A stretch of DNA of 64,000 nucleotides from an uncultured Gammaproteobacteria bacterium (GTDB lineage Bacteria > Pseudomonadota > Gammaproteobacteria > Steroidobacterales > Steroidobacteraceae). Where the stretch lies: positions 480,157 through 544,156 of the forward strand of contig CAWJOW010000004.1 of NCBI GenBank assembly GCA_963844595.1, given 5' to 3'. Both the position numbers and the translations under genes were made by a program. This document shows, one piece after another, positions 59,493 through 64,000 of this stretch. Position 1 is the stretch's first letter. Every line of letters starts with the position of its first letter. The notes beneath the pieces are model-generated. The model saw only the letters and a program-made list of their open reading frames with translations. It searched no databases and was not told the DNA's origin.

Positions 59493-60887
59493 TTGAGCCA
59501 AGTGAGCAGCAGCTTCGATGTCTCCGAGTTCGTGGATGCCCGCGTCGGCCCGCGCGGCAGCCTCGAGAACCTCTCGCAGACCGAGATCGACAAACTCCTC
59601 GATACCGGTCAGGGAGGCCTGTATCCGCTGTTCCGCCGCTGCGCGCTCGCGGTACTGAACTCCGGCGCCCCGACCGACAACGCCAAGGAGATCTTCGACC
59701 GCTACCGCAGCTTCGAGGTGCGCATCGTGCGCCACCCGTGGGGGGTGAAGCTCGAGATGAAGAACGCGCCGGCGGCCGCGTTCGTCGACGGTCAGATGAT
59801 CCGCGGCATCAAGGAGCACCTGTTCGCGGTGCTGCGCGATGTGGTGTTCATCGCCAACGAGATCGTCGCCAGCGGCCGTTTCGATCTCACCGACTCGGCC
59901 TCGATCACCAACGCGGTGTTCCACATGCTGCGCAACGCGCGGCTGCTCGATCACAAGTCACGCCCCAACCTGGTCGTTTGCTGGGGCGGACATTCGATCG
60001 ACGCGCAGGAGTACCAATACACCAAGAACGTCGGCTACGAGCTCGGCCTGCGCGGCATGGATGTGTGCACCGGCTGCGGCCCCGGCGCCATGAAGGGACC
60101 GATGAAGGGCGCGACCATCGGCCATGCCAAGCAGCGCATCGAGCACGGCCGCTACATAGGCATCAGCGAGCCCGGCATCATCGCCGCCGAGCCCCCCAAC
60201 CCGATCGTGACGCAGCTCGCGATCCTGCCGGACATCGAGAAGCGGCTCGAAGCTTTCGTCCGCCTGGCTCACGGCATCGTGGTATTCCCGGGTGGCGCCG
60301 GTACGGCCGAGGAGATCCTGTACCTCACCGGCATCCTGCTCGACCCGGCAAACCGCGAGCAGCCGTTCCCGATCGTGCTCACCGGGCCGGGCTCGGCCGC
60401 CGGGTATTTCGAGCAGATCGGGCGCTTCATCGGGGCGACGCTCGGGGAAGAGGCGCTGCGGCGCTTCACCGTCATCGTCGACGATCCGCCGGAGGTGGCA
60501 AGGCGCATGGTGCGCGGCATGGACGCGGTGCGCGAATTCCGCCGCCGGCGCAGCGACTCCTACAACTTCAACTGGCTGCTGTCGATCCGGCCGGAGTTCC
60601 AGCTGCCCTTCGAGGTGACGCATCAGTCGATGCGCAAGCTGAACCTCGGGCGCGATCAGCCCGTGCACCAGCTGGCCGCCAATCTGCGGCGCGCGTTCTC
60701 GGGCGTGGTCACCGGTAACGTCAAGGAGTACGGCATCCAGGCGATCGAGCGCCACGGCCCGTACGAGCTCGCCGGCGAACGCAAGCTCATGGAGCTGCTC
60801 GATGAGTTGCTGGCCGCGTTCGTCGCTCAGCGGCGCATGCGGCTGCCTGGCAGCGTCTATAAGCCCGTCTACCGGCTGGTGGCGTAG
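59493..60887 (+). CDS. ppnN: nucleotide 5'-monophosphate nucleosidase PpnN (YgdH, LOG family)
   Basis: It is colinear with E. coli PpnN as recalled: LYPLFRRCALAVLNSG..TDN.KE; VVCWGGHSI...EY.Y...VG..LGLR....CTGCGPGAM.GPMKGA..GHA.QR; PDIEKRLEAFVR.AHGI..FPGG.GTAEE.LY. The C-terminus is FVAQ.RM.LPGS.Y.P.Y. The start is TTG at 59493 or GTG at 59502. Confidence 0.9.
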   Translation: MSQVSSSFDVSEFVDARVGPRGSLENLSQTEIDKLLDTGQGGLYPLFRRCALAVLNSGAPTDNAKEIFDRYRSFEVRIVRHPWGVKLEMKNAPAAAFVDGQMIRGIKEHLFAVLRDVVFIANEIVASGRFDLTDSASITNAVFHMLRNARLLDHKSRPNLVVCWGGHSIDAQEYQYTKNVGYELGLRGMDVCTGCGPGAMKGPMKGATIGHAKQRIEHGRYIGISEPGIIAAEPPNPIVTQLAILPDIEKRLEAFVRLAHGIVVFPGGAGTAEEILYLTGILLDPANREQPFPIVLTGPGSAAGYFEQIGRFIGATLGEEALRRFTVIVDDPPEVARRMVRGMDAVREFRRRRSDSYNFNWLLSIRPEFQLPFEVTHQSMRKLNLGRDQPVHQLAANLRRAFSGVVTGNVKEYGIQAIERHGPYELAGERKLMELLDELLAAFVAQRRMRLPGSVYKPVYRLVA

Positions 60888-61073
60888 ATGCCGCGAGCCG
60901 CGCCGCGTTCCCTTACATAACGCTCTGCGCGCCGCACACTTTGCACACGCGGCCCGAGAGCTGCGTCATAAGGGTGGCCGTGCGTATGCGAGCGGCGACA
61001 TGCTTGTGAACCAGTTCCTGCGGCGGCGATGCCGAACGCCGTACGCTGGCGATCACAGCATCAGGAGCTTGCG

Positions 61074-61331
61074 ATGAGCTCATCGAACAGAGGGCGAGAC
61101 GAGGTGCCCGGCGATCACGAGCCGCCACCGGCCGGTAGCCCGCCGGGAGGCGCGGACGCCTACGCGAACTGGCTGGACCGGATGCAGCGCGCACGCGCGC
61201 GACAGGCGGCGATCACGCGCAACCTCTACACCTGGTCGAACTACAAGAACTGGGCGGATCAGGTCCGCGATTCCTGGGCTGCGACCGACGCCACGGCGAA
61301 GAACGGCGTCGGCAAGCCACCTAAGAAGTAA
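61074..61331 (+). CDS. small hypothetical protein (85 aa)
   Basis: The ATG is preceded by CAGGAG (61061-61066). The N-terminus is Pro/Gly-rich and the C-terminal helix is Trp-rich (YTWSNYKNWADQVRDSW). No family was recognised. Confidence 0.45.
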   Translation: MSSSNRGRDEVPGDHEPPPAGSPPGGADAYANWLDRMQRARARQAAITRNLYTWSNYKNWADQVRDSWAATDATAKNGVGKPPKK

Positions 61332-61365
61332 AAGTCCCCGAGCACCCCTCGACGATCCACGGTCC

Positions 61366-62265
61366 CTAGGCGCTCGCCAGGACCGCGGGCACCGTGCTTT
61401 CCGATCGAGTCTCGCCGGTGCTGCCTGCAGGCGCAGTGCCGGCGGCTGCCGCCGGCTCCGGGGTGGCGCTGCCGGCCGCGGGTACGGCTGCTGGCGGGGT
61501 GACAGCCTGCCCCGGCACAGCCGGGGCGCCGGGAGGCTGCGGTCCCTCGGGAGCCGGTGCAACCGGAGTGCCGATACCTGCTCCGGCAGCGCTCGCGGCG
61601 GCGTTCCGGGCAGGTTTCGGCGCGGCCAGCCACGCGACCAGTGGCGCCCACTGCTCCACGTCCTCGCGCGCGACGTAGCTCTTCATCTCGTGGATGCCGA
61701 CGCCGAGCTCGGCGGCGCGCGCGTAGTTCTGCGAATCGCGGATCGTGGCGACGATCGGTATCCCGAGTGTGTGCAGGAAGCGGATCAGCGCCTGGTAGGT
61801 GAGGGTATTGCGGCGGATGCGGTTGGCGATCACGCCGATGCGATCTTCCTCGCGGCGAATCTTCGCGACCAGCAACAGGTCGCGGATGCAGCGCGAACAG
61901 GTGTGGATGTCGATATCCGAAGGCAGCACCGGCACGATGATTTTGTCGGCGGCGCGCGTCATTTCCGGCAGCTGGCTCGGCTCGAGCGCCGCCGGCGTGT
62001 CCACTATGACGTGGGTTGCAGACTGGGGCAGGCGCAATTGGAACGTACGTGTCGTGCGGATGTCTGTCCTCTCGTAAGCAGCAATCGCCTCAATCGGTGC
62101 CTGCGGCGGCTTGCGCTTTCTGACCCAGCGAAGGGAGGACCCCTGCGGATCGTAGTCCATGACCACCGGCGAGTGCCCGCGCGAGGCGAAATAGCTCGCC
62201 AGGTTGATCGCGATCGTCGTCTTGCCCGATCCGCCCTTAGGATTCAGGACGACGATGCGTTGCAT
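61366..62265 (-). CDS. ParA/MinD-like P-loop ATPase with Pro/Ala-rich C-terminal tail
   Basis: The deviant Walker A is VLNPKGGSGKTTIAINLA. Walker A' DYDPQGS and Walker B VIVDTPA are present. The last 90 or so aa are low-complexity P/A/G. Confidence 0.8.
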   Translation of the reverse strand: MQRIVVLNPKGGSGKTTIAINLASYFASRGHSPVVMDYDPQGSSLRWVRKRKPPQAPIEAIAAYERTDIRTTRTFQLRLPQSATHVIVDTPAALEPSQLPEMTRAADKIIVPVLPSDIDIHTCSRCIRDLLLVAKIRREEDRIGVIANRIRRNTLTYQALIRFLHTLGIPIVATIRDSQNYARAAELGVGIHEMKSYVAREDVEQWAPLVAWLAAPKPARNAAASAAGAGIGTPVAPAPEGPQPPGAPAVPGQAVTPPAAVPAAGSATPEPAAAAGTAPAGSTGETRSESTVPAVLASA

Positions 62266-62403
62266 GGCGGCGTGATTCTGTCATGTTCCCGGAACGAACA
62301 TCGCGCCCAAGCCTACGTGCCGCTCCCTGCTGCTGCAAGCCGACGCGCGAGGTGTGAGCACGCGCACGCCGCGCGTGCGCGCGGCTGACGTAGAGTGCCG
62401 GCA

Positions 62404-62595
62404 ATGGAAGTCCTGCTGCTTCTCTGGGACGAGCTCGACGATCTGACGCACGCCTGTCGGCACGTGGCGACGTCAGCTGCAGTCGAGGCGCTGGCACGCG
62501 CGGCGCCCATTGTGACCGCGGCCTCGGCTGCGCTCCTCGCCGGCACGGCGAGCTTCTGGGGCATGTATCGCCAGCTGCTGCGCCTGGTGGCCTGA
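62404..62595 (+). CDS. small hypothetical protein (63 aa), possibly membrane-associated
   Basis: The ORF is MEVLLLLWDELDD... with a hydrophobic C-terminal half. Support is weak and it may not be coding. Confidence 0.25.
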   Translation: MEVLLLLWDELDDLTHACRHVATSAAVEALARAAPIVTAASAALLAGTASFWGMYRQLLRLVA

Positions 62596-62658
62596 GGCCG
62601 GCGACTGACGGTCCGCGCGGGTCTGCGCCGGCCTGACCGGCGCCCGTGCCACGCAACC

Positions 62659-62687
62659 CTTGAAAATTCCCCGCTGATTCCCCAGAT
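62659..62687 (+). promoter_or_regulatory. sigma-32 (RpoH)-type heat-shock promoter for htpG
   Basis: CTTGAAA-14 nt-CCCCAGAT lies 42 nt upstream of the htpG ATG and is a very close match to the recalled consensus. Confidence 0.7.
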
Positions 62688-62728
62688 CGCTCGCCTTGGA
62701 GCCTTGTTGGGCGGCGGAGCGGGCGGGC

Positions 62729-64000
62729 ATGACAGCACAAGAGAACCCCACGGGCACGGGCGGGAGCGAGGCGGCACCGGTCAGTGACGGCGGCCGCGAG
62801 ACCCAGGGCTTCCAGGCCGAGGTGCGCGAGCTGCTGCGGCTCGTGATCCACTCCCTGTACAGCCACAGGGAAATCTTCCTGCGCGAGCTCATCTCCAACG
62901 CCTCGGACGCCTGCGACCGGCTGCGGTTCGCGGCGCTCGCCGACAGCGCACTGCTGGCCGAGGATCCCGAGCTCGGTATCCGCATCGATGCCGACCCCGC
63001 AGCCGGCACCGTCACCATTACCGACAACGGCATCGGCATGACGCGCGAGGAGGCGGTCGCGAATCTCGGCACCATCGCGCGCTCGGGCACGGCGGAGTTC
63101 TTCCGCTCGCTCTCCGGAGACGAGCAGAAGGCTTCCGCTCTCATCGGGCAGTTCGGCGTGGGCTTCTATTCCGCTTTCATTGTCGCCGAGCGGGTCGAGG
63201 TCCGCTCGCGCCGGGCCGGGACACCGCCCGAGGCCGCGGTGCTGTGGGAATCGCGCGGCGAGGGCGAGTTCACGGTGCAGACGCAAACCCGGACTGCCCG
63301 CGGCACGCAGGTGACGCTGCATCTGAAGAGCGACGCGCGTGAGTTCGCGGACGCGCTGCGGCTGCGCAGTCTCATCCGCCGCTACTCCGACCACATCGGC
63401 TTCCCCGTGCGTATGCGCAAAGAGGGCGAGGCCTCGCTCGAACTCGAGGTGGTGAATCAGGCGAAGGCCCTGTGGACGCTGCCGCGCGCACAGATCTCCG
63501 ACGAGGAGTACCGCCAGTTCTATCAGTACCTGGCGCACGACTCCGCCGATCCTCTCGCCTGGAGCCATAACAAGGTCGAGGGCAAGCGCGAGTACACGAG
63601 TCTCCTCTACCTGCCGGCGCGCGCGCCGTTCGACCTGTGGCAGCGCGAGGCGCCGCGCGGCGTCAAGCTCTACGTCCGGCGCGTATTCATCATGGACGAC
63701 GCCGAGCAGTTCCTGCCGCCGTACCTGCGCTTCGTCAAAGGCGTGGTCGACTCGGGCGATCTGCCGCTGAACGTCTCGCGCGAGCTCCTGCAGCAGGACC
63801 CGGAGGTCGAGGCGATCAGGAGCGGCCTCACGCGCCGGGTGCTCGACCTGCTCGGTCGGCTCGCCAAGGACGAGCCGGAGAGGTACGCGACCTTCTGGAA
63901 GGAGTTCGGCACGGTGCTGAAGGAGGGTACGGGCCAGGACTTCGCCAACCAGGCGGCGCTGCTGCCGCTGCTGCGTTTTGCGAGCACCCACAACGCCGAC
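62729..64000 (+). CDS. htpG: molecular chaperone HtpG (Hsp90), 5' partial (continues beyond the window)
   Basis: [82 protein letters not shown] and LPLNVSRE are present. The frame is open to position 64000. It is not in the ORF track because no stop is reached. Confidence 0.95.
   Translation, partial: MTAQENPTGTGGSEAAPVSDGGRETQGFQAEVRELLRLVIHSLYSHREIFLRELISNASDACDRLRFAALADSALLAEDPELGIRIDADPAAGTVTITDNGIGMTREEAVANLGTIARSGTAEFFRSLSGDEQKASALIGQFGVGFYSAFIVAERVEVRSRRAGTPPEAAVLWESRGEGEFTVQTQTRTARGTQVTLHLKSDAREFADALRLRSLIRRYSDHIGFPVRMRKEGEASLELEVVNQAKALWTLPRAQISDEEYRQFYQYLAHDSADPLAWSHNKVEGKREYTSLLYLPARAPFDLWQREAPRGVKLYVRRVFIMDDAEQFLPPYLRFVKGVVDSGDLPLNVSRELLQQDPEVEAIRSGLTRRVLDLLGRLAKDEPERYATFWKEFGTVLKEGTGQDFANQAALLPLLRFASTHNAD

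Overview
This is a high-GC (roughly 65-70% by eye) proteobacterial chromosomal segment, probably gamma- or betaproteobacterial to judge from the rpsU-yqeY-dnaG-rpoD operon with divergent tsaD. It is densely packed with housekeeping genes. Recognisable content includes a reverse-transsulfuration pair (cystathionine beta-synthase and gamma-lyase), YgiQ radical SAM, RcnA, an NfeD/stomatin pair, an M13 peptidase, HrpB, a beta-carbonic anhydrase, folB-folK plus pteridine reductase, uppP, cca, a DegS-like protease, hsp20, a split class II ribonucleotide reductase (nrdJa/nrdJb), an MltD-like lytic transglycosylase, ppnN and the 5' part of htpG. Many long antisense ORFs in the supplied track are high-GC shadow ORFs and are not reported. 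The most interesting items are these. (1) A tRNA-Ile2(CAU) gene is interrupted in its anticodon loop by a 256-nt Azoarcus-like group I intron. (2) There is a dispersed bufferin-like RiPP metallophore system. A signal-peptide, 6-Cys NxCKG-repeat precursor with DoxX and a divergent ECF sigma/anti-sigma pair lies at 21.5-23.7 kb. The only MNIO (DUF692)/DUF2063 maturase pair lies 20 kb away at 0.3-2.0 kb. Both loci carry the same upstream CCGGTCT-N17/18-CGT motif. (3) A 530-bp gene-free region holds a near-consensus sigma-54 promoter, an orphan intrinsic terminator and an anti-SD-like stretch, suggesting a roughly 175-nt sRNA. (4) A lower-GC islet (31.2-33.5 kb) and a cluster of uncharacterised genes (36.7-41.3 kb) are also present. 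All functional calls come from reading the translated ORFs and recalling family motifs. No database search was run.
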